Positions 12,157-23,764 of a stretch of DNA of 64,000 nt are shown one piece after another. The stretch covers positions 109,549-173,548 of the forward strand of contig NIVC01002439.1 of NCBI GenBank assembly GCA_002269645.1. Direction: 5' to 3'. The DNA is from Macrostomum lignano (Eukaryota). The number at the start of each line of letters is the position of its first letter. Within the stretch, counting starts at the first letter, position 1. The notes under the pieces were generated by a model that worked only from the letters and a program-made list of their open reading frames with translations, was not told the origin of the DNA and searched no databases. The position numbers were made by a program, and so were the translations under genes.

Positions 12157-13547
12157 CAGTGTGGCACACCCCTGACCAGCCCCGCCCGCCCCAATCAGTG
12201 TGGCACACCCCTGACCAGCCCCGCCCGCCCCAATCAGTGTGGCACACCCCTGACCAGCCCCGCCCACCCCAATCAGTGTGCCCACACCCCTGACCAGCCC
12301 CGCCCGCCCCAATCAGTGCGCACACCCCTGACCAGCCCCGCCCCCCCAATGTGCGCACACCCCTGACCAGCCCCGCCCGCCCCAATCAGTGTGCGCACAC
12401 CCCTGACCAGCCCCGCCCGCCCATCCCAATCAGTGTGCGCACACCCCTGACCAGCCCCGCCCGCCCATCCCAATCAGTGTGCGCACACCCCTGACCAGCC
12501 CCGCCCGCCCATCCCAATCAGTGTGCGCACACCCCTGACCAGCCCCGCCCGCCCATCCCAATCAGTGTGCGCACACCCCTGACCAGCCCCGCCCGCCCAT
12601 CCCAATCAGTGTGCGCACACCCCTGACCAGCCCCGCCCGCCCATCCCAATCAGTGTGCGCACACCCCTGACCAGCCCCGCCCGCCCATCCCAATCAGTGT
12701 GGCACACCCCTGACCAGCCCCGCCCGCCCCAATCAGTGTGGCACACCCCTGACCAGCCCCGCCCACCCCAATCAGTGTGCCCACACCCCTGACCAGCCCC
12801 GCCCGCCCCAATCAGTGCGCACACCCCTGACCAGCCCCGCCCGCCCCAATCAGTGCGCACACCCCTGACCAGCCCCGCCCGCCCCAATCAGTGTGCGCAC
12901 ACCCCTGACCAGCCCGCCCGCCCATCCCAATCAGTGTGCGCACACCCCTGACCAGCCCCGCCCGCCCATCCCAATCAGTGTGCGCACACCCCTGACCAGC
13001 CCCGCCCGCCCATCCCAATCAGTGTGCGCACACCCCTGACCAGCCCCGCCCGCCCATCCCAATCAGTGTGCGCACACCCCTGACCAGCCCCGCCCGCCCA
13101 TCCCAATCAGTGTGCGCACACCCCTGACCAGCCCCGCCCGCCCATCCCAATCAGTGTGCGCACACCCCTGACCAGCCCCGCCCGCCCATCCCAATCAGTG
13201 TGCGCACACCCCTGACCAGCCCCGCCCGCCCATCCCAATCAGTGTGCGCACACCCCTGACCAGCCCCGCCCGCCCATCCCAATCAGTGTGCGCACACCCC
13301 TGACCAGCCCCGCCCGCCCATCCCAATCAGTGTGCGCACACCCCTGACCAGCCCCGCCCGCCCATCCCAATCAGTGTGCGCACACCCCTGACCAGCCCCG
13401 CCCGCCCATCCCAATCAGTGTGCGCACACCCCTGACCAGCCCCGCCCGCCCATCCCAATCAGTGTGCGCACACCCCTGACCAGCCCCGCCCGCCCATCCC
13501 AATCAGTGTGCGCACACCCCTGACCAGCCCCGCCCACCCCAATCAGT
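12157..13547. repeat. GC-rich 39-44 bp minisatellite
   Basis: Unit AATCAGTGTGCGCACACCCCTGACCAGCCCCGCCCGCCCATCCC; period 44 in the homogeneous part (13021 to 13065). Confidence 0.97.
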
Positions 13548-14137
13548 AAAAACACGGCGCAGATTTGAATCCTGTTCACACTTACTACACCATTTACTAA
13601 TCTTTCCCGTTGCGTACACGGTTGTTATTTTTCTTGTTGTGTCGTTGCTATTCAATCAATGCTGTTCGGCGCATCTTGCTGGAATTGCTACACTTAACAA
13701 GAGTAATGATACTACAACTAATATATTAGATATTCTGTTTGATTGCTTCATTTTTTCATTTATACATTTCTCCTTTTGGCTACTTTGCTTGCCTAAAAAT
13801 CCTGCTTCTGATTTTACATCGCCGATACTAGCGACATCGAGCTCTTTAATTTCGTTTCTTTTTTCGCCATTAGCGAAGTTAAGAATTATTGGTCGGGGTT
13901 AGTTCGTATCTTGTGTCGTGCTGCTGCCACACCTGACCTCCAAAGCAGGTCAGGCAATTTAGGCAAAAGTACACTCATTTATCTCACTGATGACATTGAT
14001 CGAAATGTCACTTCACGTTAATGTCCTCTGATTAATGACCGGTCATTTACTGTAAGACAAACGGCAATTTTAATTTAAAGGGCAAACCAGACAAACGAAG
14101 CAACAATTTGTTTTAAATTAATTATGGTAAATTCCTA

Positions 14138-15357
14138 TCAAGCCATATTAAGCTCCATATCATTAGCTGTCTTATTTATCAAACGAATTTGCATTCGGAG
14201 AAGGTTGTTAAAGCTAAACTTCGCCGTCGCCAGATTTTCCTGATTAACGCCGGTGATGTGCATGTTTGACATCACATTGACATCCAGCTCACTGGTTCCA
14301 GAATCGCTTGGTCCTACTCGTACGTGTCCGGCCTGGTCACCTTTAACTTCTTCTTTAGTTTGCAGTGCCAATGCCGACGTCACAGCATAGCTGCTCGCTT
14401 GCAGAGATCGGTCCCGACGTTTTGTAAGGTACCTGCGTGCCGTTCGTTCAGATGTCTGGCCGGTGATGGACATAATGTCAGCCATGCTATGTCCCGCGGC
14501 CTCTAGATCCGTAATCCTGGTGACCCTAAGAAAATATTATCAATGCACGATGATTACATTACTAATGCATGTTGTTTAAAAGTTTTCTCTCAGATAAATT
14601 AAAGATCTAAGATCTGTTATTTTCGAGATCAAAAAAATTAGTCGTACTACCTGATGCAATGGTTGGAATACATCTTTGATAGCCCAGCCTTCTCGCTCAA
14701 GTTATGCATGAATCGAACAAGATTGTTGACACCGCGATTCTGCTTCGTTGAATACGTAGGACTTCCGTTCGCAGAGTTTGCCAGTGGCCGTGGAAATAGG
14801 TGGTTATTCTTGGTTTCAACTGGTAGGTCTAGATACCGTCGTACCTTTTCAGTATCGTAAATTCTTGCCTGCTTGTTGTCGGGTTTTGTTTTACTCCTCA
14901 CTGGATCCGCGGACTTATTCTTAGACGGAAGGGGCGGGAGACAGTAGAACTCCTTACCATCAGAGTCAGTGTGCAGCTCCAATGCATCTCGTCATGTCAG
15001 ATGCGGCAGGTGCTCTTGGCCTCTTTCGCCCAAGCAATAAAGGACATAAAACAGAAATTTGTCCTGCTCTGCCACTGCCGTACCTCCCTCGAAGTAGCAT
15101 GCAAGCTTTTGCATATCATCAGTCTCCAATTTCGATGTCTATGGCCTCCAATTTCGGCCATAGACAACTGCTTCACCAATGTTATCTACGGTACTGGCCA
15201 TTGACATGAAGTGTACGCATCGATATTTTCTTTCCCGCCTTTTCACCCATAGACAATTCAATCAATGCAGCTAATATGAAGCACGAATTCAACAAGTTAA
15301 TGGCTCGCGCACTTGCGCGCCCGGTTGGCCATTAATTTGAATTCGTGCTTCATATTA
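14138..15357 (-). mobile_element. Crypton-like tyrosine recombinase element (DUF3504 type), decayed, with a 125-bp intron and a terminal palindrome
   Basis: Minus-strand frame from 15114: ...GERGQEHL...LT*RD...DSDGKEFY...EKAGLSKMYSNHCIR, then GT-AG intron 14650-14526 (phase 2), then VTRITDLEAAGHSMADIMSITGQTSERTARRYL...FSFNN. In-frame TGA at 14994-14992; 21-bp inverted repeat at 15272-15292 and 15337-15357. Confidence 0.78.
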
Positions 15358-15689
15358 ACCTACCATTATTCATTATTAGTCATTATCTAGAGTAGCAGAT
15401 AAAAGTTAGCTGCGTTTTATAATAAGACAAAATGGTAGTAAATATATTGTATTTTTGACGTATATTTAATTGTGTATTGTTTCTTTAACAAGACAAGCGG
15501 ATTAAAGCCGGTGTCAGCTTTGATATGATTACTAGCACTTATAAAATCAAATGGCAGAACTACGACCGACACCGTTTAAAAAAACTAACAACTACATACG
15601 CAGTGCGTGCATGCCGGGACCAAGCATTGGTAATTAAGTAATTAACAGTCCGAAGTCTATTGGTCCTTGGTTCGAATGTCTACATGCAC

Positions 15690-16078
15690 CCAGTCTATAT
15701 GGCTCGGACATCTACCTCCGATCTTTGGCTCAGACATTTACCTCTGGTCTATAGCTCGGACATCTATGTCTATAGTCGGACATCTACCCCATCTCTATAG
15801 TTCGGATATCTATCCCATGTCTATAGCTCGGACATCTACCCCATCTCTATAGTTCGGACATCTATCCCATGTCTATAGCTCGGACATCTACCCCTGGTAT
15901 AGCTCGGACATCTACCCCTGGTATAGCTCGGACATCTACCCCGGTCTATAGCTCGGACATCTACCCTATGTCTATAGCTCGGACATCTACCCCTGGTCTA
16001 TAGCTCGGACATCTACCCCATGTCTATACCTCGGACATCTACCCCTGGTCTATAGCTCGGACATCTACCCCTGGTCTT
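15690..16078. repeat. about 24-26 bp minisatellite just 3' of the MOSC gene
   Basis: CTATAGCTCGGACATCTACCCC(ATGT/TGGT) in tandem. Confidence 0.9.
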
Positions 16079-16086
16079 TCTGTCCC

Positions 16087-19000
16087 TCAAGCATCGGCAA
16101 ACACGGCCTCTCCGATGGCCACGCGTCCAGGCATCTCCACTGTACAGTCCACGCCAAACAGCGGGTTCTTGAACTTCGGCCCACTGCGGTAGGGCGCCAG
16201 CGCGGTCAGCACCGGGTTGCCGGACGGAGCCACGGCTCGGTCTCCAGCCGAGTAATCCAGGTTAACCATGATGCAGCGCTCGCAGGGGAAGGCGGCGGCT
16301 AGGATGCAGCCTCCAGCGAAATAGACGAAGCCCCAGTTGTCCTCCTCGCGATCCTGCTGGACCCCTGAGATCACCAGGTTGGGCCGGAAATTGCGCCAAT
16401 CAACTCCCGGATGCTTGCCAGTCAGGCGGTTGTTCAGAGCCTGAAGATTGGTTAAATTAAACCAGCCTTAAAATGAAGCTGCAACTTCAAATTGAACCTT
16501 GACTGCTTGAGTACCTTGAAATTCCTCAGTTTATCAGTCCCGCTTAATTACAGATAAATGCTCATGATGCTTTACAATACCGATATTGTCACTTTCGGCA
16601 CGAGAAAAACTGTATAAAACCATCTAGATGTATATCGATCAGTGCCATCTAGATCAATATCGATCAGTGTCATCTAGATCAATAGCGATCAGTGCCATCT
16701 AGATCAATAGCGATCAGTGCCATCTAGATCATTATCGATCAGTGTCATCTAGATCAATATCGATCAGTGCCATCTAGATCAATAGCGATCAGTGTCATCT
16801 AGATCAATAGCGATCAGTGCCATCTAGATCAATAGCGATCAGTGCCATCTAGATCATTATCGATCAGTGTCATCTAGATCAATATCGATCAGTGCCATCT
16901 AGATCAATAGCGATCAGTGCCATCTAGATCAATAGCGATCAGTGCCATCTAGATCAATAGCGATCAGTGCCATCTAGATCAATATCGATCAGTGCCATCT
17001 AGATCAATAGCGATCAGTGCCATCTAGATCAATATCGATCAGTGTCATCTAGATCAATATCGATCAGTGCCATCTAGATCAATAGCGATCAGTGCCATCT
17101 AGATCAATAGCGATCAGTGCCATCTAGATCAATATCGATCAGTGTCATCTAGATCAATATCGATCAGTGTCATCTAGATCAATATCGATCAGTGTCATCT
17201 AGATCAATATCGATCAGTGTCATCTAGATCAATATCGATCAGTGTCATCTAGATCAATATCGATCAGTGTCATCTAGATCAATATCGATCAGTGTCATCT
17301 AGATCAATTTCGATCAGTGTCATCTAGATCAATATCGATCAATAAATCTAGGAAATCGCCAGCTCACCTCAAACGACTTGTCCGACACCATCAGAATCGG
17401 CGCCTTGTCGGCAAACGCAATCCGATTGGCAGAAGTCTCGTGCAGGCTGTCGTACACCTGCAGCATGCCGCCTTGCTTGTCCAGTGCGCGCATCTTGTCG
17501 GCCACGCTGCGCTGGTTGCTAGGGCAGTAAACCTGCGTTTGATGTTATCGGTTTGGAATTACTTGAGAAGATAACGGCAGCACACACTTAGGGACTGGGG
17601 GATGGCTGAGGGACTGGTGGGTAGGCTGAGGGACTGGGATGGCTGAGGGACTGGGATGGCTGAGGGACTGGCGGGTAGGCTGAGGGACTGGGATGGCTGA
17701 AGGACTGGTGGGTAGGCTGAGGGACTGGGATGGCTGAGGGACTGGGATGGCTGAAGGACTGGTGGGTAGGCTGAGGGACTGGGATGGCTGAGGGACTGGG
17801 ATGGCTGAGGGACTGGGATGGCTGAGGGACTGGGATGGCTGAGGGACTGGGATGGCTGAGGGACTGGGATGGCTGAGGGACTGGGATGGCTGAGGGACTG
17901 GGATGGCTGAGGGACTGGGATGGCTGAGGGACTGGGATGGCTGAAGGACTGGCGGGTAGGCTGAGGGACTGGGATGGCTGAGGGACTGGTGGGTAGGCTG
18001 AGGGACTGGGATGGCTGAAGGACTGGGATGGCTGAAGGACTGGGATGGCTGAAGGACTGGGATGGCTGAAGGACTGGGATGGCTGAAGGACTGGTGGGTA
18101 GGCTGAGGGACTGGGATGGCTGAGGGACTGGTGGGTTAGCTGAGGGACTGGGATGGCTGAAGGACTGGTGGGTAGGCTGAGGGACTGGTGGGTTAGCTGA
18201 GGGACTGGTGGGTTAGCTGAGGGACTGGGATGGCTGAAGGACTGGGATGGCTGAGGGACTGGTGGGTAGGCTGAGGGACTGGGATGGCTGAGGGACTGGG
18301 ATGGCTGAAGGACTGGTGGGTAGGCTGAGGGACTGGGATGGCTGAGGGACTGGGATGGCTGAGGGACTGGGATGGCTGAAGGACTGGTGGGTAGGCTGAG
18401 GGACTGGGATGGCTGAGGGACTGGGATGGCTGAAGAACTGGTGGGTAGGCTGAAGGACTGGGATGGCTGAGGGACTGGGATGGCTGAGGGACTGGGATGG
18501 CTGAGGGACTGGGATGGCTGAGGGACTGGGATGGCTGAGGGACTGGGATGGCTGAGGGACTGGTGGGTAGGCTGAGGGACTGGGATGGCTGAGGGACTGG
18601 GATGGCTGAGGGACTGGGATGGCTGAAGGACTGGGATGGCTGAGGGACTGGGATGGCTGAGGGACTGGGATGGCTGAGGGACTGGGATGGCTGAAGGACT
18701 GGGATGGCTGAGGGACTGGGATGGCTGAGGGACTGGTGGGTTAGCTGAGGGACTGGTGGGTAGGCTGAGGGACTGGTGGGTTAGCTGAGGGACTGGTGGG
18801 TAGGCTGAGGGACTGGTGGGTAGGCTGAGGGACTGGTGGGTTAGCTTAGGGACTGGTGGGTTAGCTGAGGGACTGGTGGGTTAGCTGAGGGACTGGTGGG
18901 TAGGCTGAGGGACTGGTGGGTTAGCTGAGGGACTGGTGGGTAGGCTGAGGGACTGGTGGGTTAGCTGAGGGACTGGTGGGTAGGCTGAGGGACTGGTGGG

Positions 19001-20069
19001 TTAGCTGAGAACTGAAGTCCCATTCACACCGCCATAAATTCGAAAGCTACAATCATTCTGCAGATGCACAAACTATTGCATTTTAAAAACGTTTGAGTAA
19101 ACTCATGAATTGGAATATTTTGTATCAGTTTTCGTCTCTTTAACTAATTAACTAGCGGTGTAAGCCTAGCCTCTTGACAGGGGAGCAGTGCTGACTGGTT
19201 AAAGCAGGGGTCGGCAAACTCCGGCCGCGAAGCCTCTCTATCCGGCCCTCGGGTCCTTTGAAACTTCTCTCCTCTCTCTTCTCCTGTCTCTCCTCATCTC
19301 TTTCTTCTCCTGTCTCTCCTCTCTCTTCTCCTGTCTCTCCTTCCTCCGGTCTCTCCTCTCCACTCTTCTCTCCTCTCCTCTCTCCTCTCTTCTTAGCTCC
19401 TCTACTCTCACTTCTCTATTCTTACTCTCCACTCACTTCTTTCTCTTCTCCTCTCTCCCTCTCATCTGACCCGCAGCCAAGAGCTAGACTTTATCTGGCC
19501 CTTGAAGTAAGAAAGTTTGCCGACCCCTGGTTTAAAGAGATTAAGTAGTAACAGTGAGCCACAATGCAGACCAGTCGCAGGTCCTGGCGGTTGCAGACGG
19601 AGTTCAACCAGGCGGCCACCTCGTCGCCGCAGTCCAAGCCCGAATGCTTCTCGCCCTTGAAGTCGAATGTCACCGGCCGGTTGAGCCGCACCGGGTCGGG
19701 CACCGGCACAGACTCGTGCCCGTCCGCGGTGAGAAGAATCCGGCCCAGCCTGTCGGGATCCAGGGCCGGCTGCACCTGGTGCAGGGTGGGGAACACCTTC
19801 AGGCTGACAAACTTATTGTCGGCGCTGCTGAGCACCAGGTAGCTGCGGTCGCGAACTTCCCGCCAGCAGATTCCGCCGTCGCGAATTTCTGCTTCAGGCA
19901 GGGCGAAGCCGCGGCAAGACTTCACAGGGTAGATGAGAATTTGTTGCACCTGGCCAACTCGGCTTTTGGCTCGGCGAGTGCTGACGTAGTACCAGGCCAG
20001 GTTCTTCAATACGAAGCAGGCAGCTACGCCAACCAGCTCCGCAAACCTCTGCTGCTGGGAGTCAGTCAT
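16087..20069 (-). CDS. MTARC: MOSC-domain molybdoenzyme, mARC (MTARC1/2)-like, about 338 aa; exons 20069-19572 (alternative donor 19563), 17532-17368, 16440-16087
   Basis: N-terminal hydrophobic anchor, IYPVKSCRG, RDRSYLV, DCGDEVAAWL, AFADKAPILMVS, NFRPNLVISG...EDNW and PCERC (Moco-binding Cys position); phase-0 GT-AG introns. Confidence 0.9.
16620..17340. repeat. 25-bp minisatellite in MOSC intron 2
   Basis: CATCTAGATCAATA(T/G)CGATCAGTG(T/C); period 25. Confidence 0.96.
17590..19012. repeat. 17/20-bp G-rich minisatellite in MOSC intron 1
   Basis: GAGGGACTGGGATGGCT (17 bp) interspersed with GAGGGACTGGTGGGT(A/T)(G/A)GCT (20 bp). Confidence 0.96.
19205..19529. mobile_element. non-autonomous hAT (Charlie/MER58-like) MITE with CT-rich interior
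   Basis: Perfect 16-bp TIRs CAGGGGTCGGCAAACT and AGTTTGCCGACCCCTG; 8-bp TSD GGTTAAAG / GTTTAAAG (7 of 8). Confidence 0.9.
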
Positions 20070-20794
20070 GGCTTGCGAGTTCGATTTAGTGTTAATTCTA
20101 ACTGCTTTCGAATGCGACTTGTTTTTTTACTTTAAATTGTCTTGGCTGACTTCTTTCTATAGTTTAAAGTCCACGCGAAGTCGCACACTAGTGAAGCATG
20201 TCCCGATTATGCTCTCTTCAATTAGTGATGCGGGGCTGCGTACGCAGGTGTGGCATGGACTGGAAAGATAGCGGTTTTAAAAAGAAGGGGTAGAGAGAAC
20301 TGCGTACGTTGCTATTTAAATTGGCTTCAAAAAACACTCTCTCAATTGGCCATGGCTATCGGTATCAGTCTAGCTAGCGAGAATAAATGTACAGTCAGTC
20401 AGTGTACATTGCCTAAGAGAATAAGAGTAGAGGGGGTGAGACACGAAGTCCAGGTTAGTCCTCTTATACCACGTGAATTAGGGTTTTAAACCAGTTCAGA
20501 CTTCAATTGGAAATTGGAAGAGGTCTTTTATAGTTAGTTCACGCTAGTGCAAGGATAAGGAGGGCTGGATTGATAATTACGAGTAAAAGGCGGGAAAGCA
20601 GTCACATGATGAAATTTGTACATGTGGTAAATGTACATTGAGGAGCAGCTGTGTGGAATAATGGCCGATCGTTACTGTGTCGGGGTGAAAGTAAAGGACA
20701 ATGATAGACGAGTATTGCTCTTATTGGTAGCTAGCTACCACTAAAAAATCTCATTGCCCCCCCTTTGGCGCCCAATAAGAAAAAGACGAAAATT

Positions 20795-20890
20795 TCCCGT
20801 ATCGTTATTTTTCGTCACTACCTCCCCGTACCGGGAGTGGATAATTTGCGCACCTGCTGCCTTCCTTAGATGCGGTAGCCGTTTCTCAGG
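20795..20890 (-). pseudogene. 96-bp 18S rRNA fragment
   Basis: The reverse complement reads CCTGAGAAACGGCTACCGCATCTAAGGAAGGCAGCAGGTGCGCAAATTATCCACTCCCGGTACGGGGAGGTAGTGACGAAAAATAACGATACGGGA, the conserved eukaryotic SSU segment with a few transitions; the flanks are not rDNA. Confidence 0.93.
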
Positions 20891-21340
20891 ATTTATGTGA
20901 ATCCTTTAATTATACGGAAAACACATTTTTAAAAAGCATTTCTATTTCTTTTTAATAAATCACCTTATTCGAGGAACATATTTTAAAGAATGGAAATATT
21001 TTTTTGAATAAACTACGAGTACATATTGCTTCTGACCTCTCAGTCTCAGCCTTGACATCTCAGCAATCCCCCCAGTAAGCCTTGAAATCTCAGTGGGTCC
21101 CCCAGTAAGCCCCCCCTCGACATTTCAGCAATCTAGTGGGTGACCCCTATTCGGGACGGCCAATAAGCTAGGAGCAAAAATTATTCATGTAAATCCATTA
21201 AAAAGGCACATTTTCTTAAGAAACAATTCCTTCTTGACTTCAGTTTTTTAAATCACCTTATTCGAGTAAAATTGTCATGGTCAAAGATGTTTTTTATGAA
21301 TCTCTTTTTTTCTAAATGTAACAAAGGAACATAACAATAT

Positions 21341-21510
21341 GCGCAATAATCCTTTTGATCATCTAGTTCAATAATCATTTTCTCATCTAGCGCAATAATC
21401 CTTTTGATCATCTAGTTCAATAATCATTTTCTCATCTAGCGCAATAATCCTTTTGATCATCTAGTTCAATAATCATTTTCTCTTCTAGTTCAATAAACCT
21501 TCTCTCATCT
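21341..21510. repeat. 49-bp tandem repeat, about 3.5 copies
   Basis: GCGCAATAATCCTTTTGATCATCTAGTTCAATAATCATTTTCTCATCTA at 21341, 21390 and 21439. Confidence 0.9.
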
Positions 21511-22102
21511 GTGCAATTATAGAGTAAGACTATGTGTTCAGGTGCATGCTAGCAAAATAAAAAGCTAGCATCAGTAGTATGTAACCTTAATAACTCAAAC
21601 GTGTATTCCGTAATTTTGTTATGCAATAAAAACCGACTTCTACCATTGGAAATTCCGTTGCGCCGTAGCCGTAGGAAGGCTCTTGACGTAGTCGCCAGTA
21701 GGATGCCTGTAGCATGTGCGGGCTCGCTTTTGAGCTCAAAGCTTTTTAACTCAGTGTGCAGGGTGTACACGCACTGCGATGGAGTGCTGCTTTGCAGGCA
21801 GGTGATCAACTTGCTCGTCGCCAACTTTGCGGGTAGCAAAGGTTGCTGCGCCACCCAACGAGTTCGCCGGGAGCAAGAGATTTTCCCGCCGAGATTTGGC
21901 CGCAAGCGAATTGCGCGCCGAGTTTTTTTCCGCCGAGGTTTGCCCGCAAAGTATTTTCCTGCAGCGCATTTGGCCACGCGACAAATTTTGTCTGCATTGC
22001 CTCATTAATGCTTAGTAAGTCTTAATAGAGAGATTGACCCGATTAAAACGTTGTGATAGTAACTGCATATCAAATTCATATTTTTCTGTATGTATTCAGT
22101 TC

Positions 22103-22585
22103 GGGTACGCTTCATAAGCGCGCAGTGGCACATGCGCGCACTAGCAGAGGCGCGCACCGGCACAATAGCGCAGCAGCACAAGAGCGCACAGGCAGAGGCG
22201 CGCACTTTTGACACGCTGTGGCATAAGCGCGCTGTCAGACTTTGGCGCAAGAGCGCATTATTTACTCGCTAAGGCACAAGCGAGTAAAATTTAATTCGAT
22301 TTCCTTCGTACAAATACAATCGACTACTTTGTGACAGACGATGGAGCAACTTGACTGCTTTTATTAATTGCATTGCGCGCTTGTGCTAATCTCAGACAGC
22401 GCGCTTATGCCAGTGCGGTCTTGTGATGGTGCGCGCTTGTGCCAATGCTGAGCACTTTCTACCGCGCTCTTGTGCAAGTCAAAACGTGCGCACTTATGCC
22501 TCTGCGCGCCTGCATGTGCCAGACTTTGACATAAAATATTGTACACAGGCGCGCTTGTGCCGGTGCGCGCTTATGATGGTGACCC
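22103..22585. mobile_element. foldback/MITE-type DNA transposon with 8-bp TSD
   Basis: TSD TTCAGTTC at 22095-22102 and 22586-22593; imperfect TIRs GGGT...TCATAAGCGCGCA..GGCACA.GCGCGC; GCGCGC-containing subrepeats in opposite orientation in the two arms. Confidence 0.82.
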
Positions 22586-23764
22586 TTCAGTTCTATATAT
22601 ATGCAGGGGTTTAACATCGTGAGCTATTAAATTCATGCATATGCCATGTCGCTTTGTCCCCCAAATCTCTTTATTATGACTTACGCTGTACTAAGCATTG
22701 GGGGTGGGGCAACGCTGACAGAAACATAGCTGCCGCGTGGCTAGAAATGAGCTGCAGGAAAAAAGCATTGCGGGCAAACCTTGGCGGGCAACTCTGATGG
22801 ACCCGAGTTTGCCATAGTGTCCAAAATTGGCGTTTTAAACCGAGCAGCAAAACGCGGACGCGACCACTTTCAGGAACTGGATCTAACAGCCCAAAAACGA
22901 CAGAATACGCTGCCAGGTCTTTATTAGCGTCACAGGCTCACAGAACACGTCTATGTCTATAGGAATTTATGAAGCTATGGCCCAGCTAAGCCTACTGAAG
23001 ATGAGGTCAGTAGGCGGTGATGCTGTGAGATCCATTCAAGAAACGAGCGAGCCCCAATTTAGATGAAAAATTACGCATGTACATGAATGTAATGGCCAAA
23101 AAGCCAATGCTTCACACGTTATGCACTGATCAAATATTTACGGTGTACGGATTGAAGAACATAACACAGCATGCAGGTAAACCGTTTTTTAGGTCCTTGC
23201 CTCGCCGAATAGTGCAATATAAATAATTTCGTGTCAATAGCCGCAGTGAAGTTTCGCGTTTGTGAAGTTTCGCGTTTATGAAGTCGCGGTTGTGAAAGTA
23301 GGTGATTTAGCGGTTGTGAAGTTTCGCATTTGTGAAGTTTTTCGTTTGTAAAAGCAACCCCAGCTATGGCGATTGGGATATAGTCCAATATACTAAAAAT
23401 GTGATGTTTGTTTGTTTGTACGAAATCGATTAGAGAAAAAATCATATCTGTAAGTGAAAATGGAAAAAGAAAAATTCTACCAAATCCCTAGACTAAATTA
23501 AACAATCGTTTCAAATCCCTAGGCCAAACATCTACGAATTCCCTCAGGAAGGTGTCAAAAGTATAAATCCCACACGTACTCAAACAAAATCAAATCATCT
23601 GGATTTTTGAAACTTTGCAATATAATCCGATTATAAAAACAGTTTTTTTAACTTTTTATTTGCTTTTCATTATTGCCAGATAATGATAGTTAATTTCTGA
23701 GTAGCATGTCAGGTGTGAATTGTTTCTCATATTTCAATAAAGAATGGGTCCTCAGCTGCTGAAT

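Noticed and set aside
15640-15685. GGTTCGAAT B-box, possible tRNA gene
   Set aside because: No A-box at the proper spacing and no cloverleaf could be folded.
16620-17340. Palindrome-rich 25-bp unit (TCTAGA, ATCGAT, GATC) as a structured RNA or protein-binding array
   Set aside because: Only 4-8 bp palindromes are present and the unit is not self-complementary overall; retained as an ordinary minisatellite.
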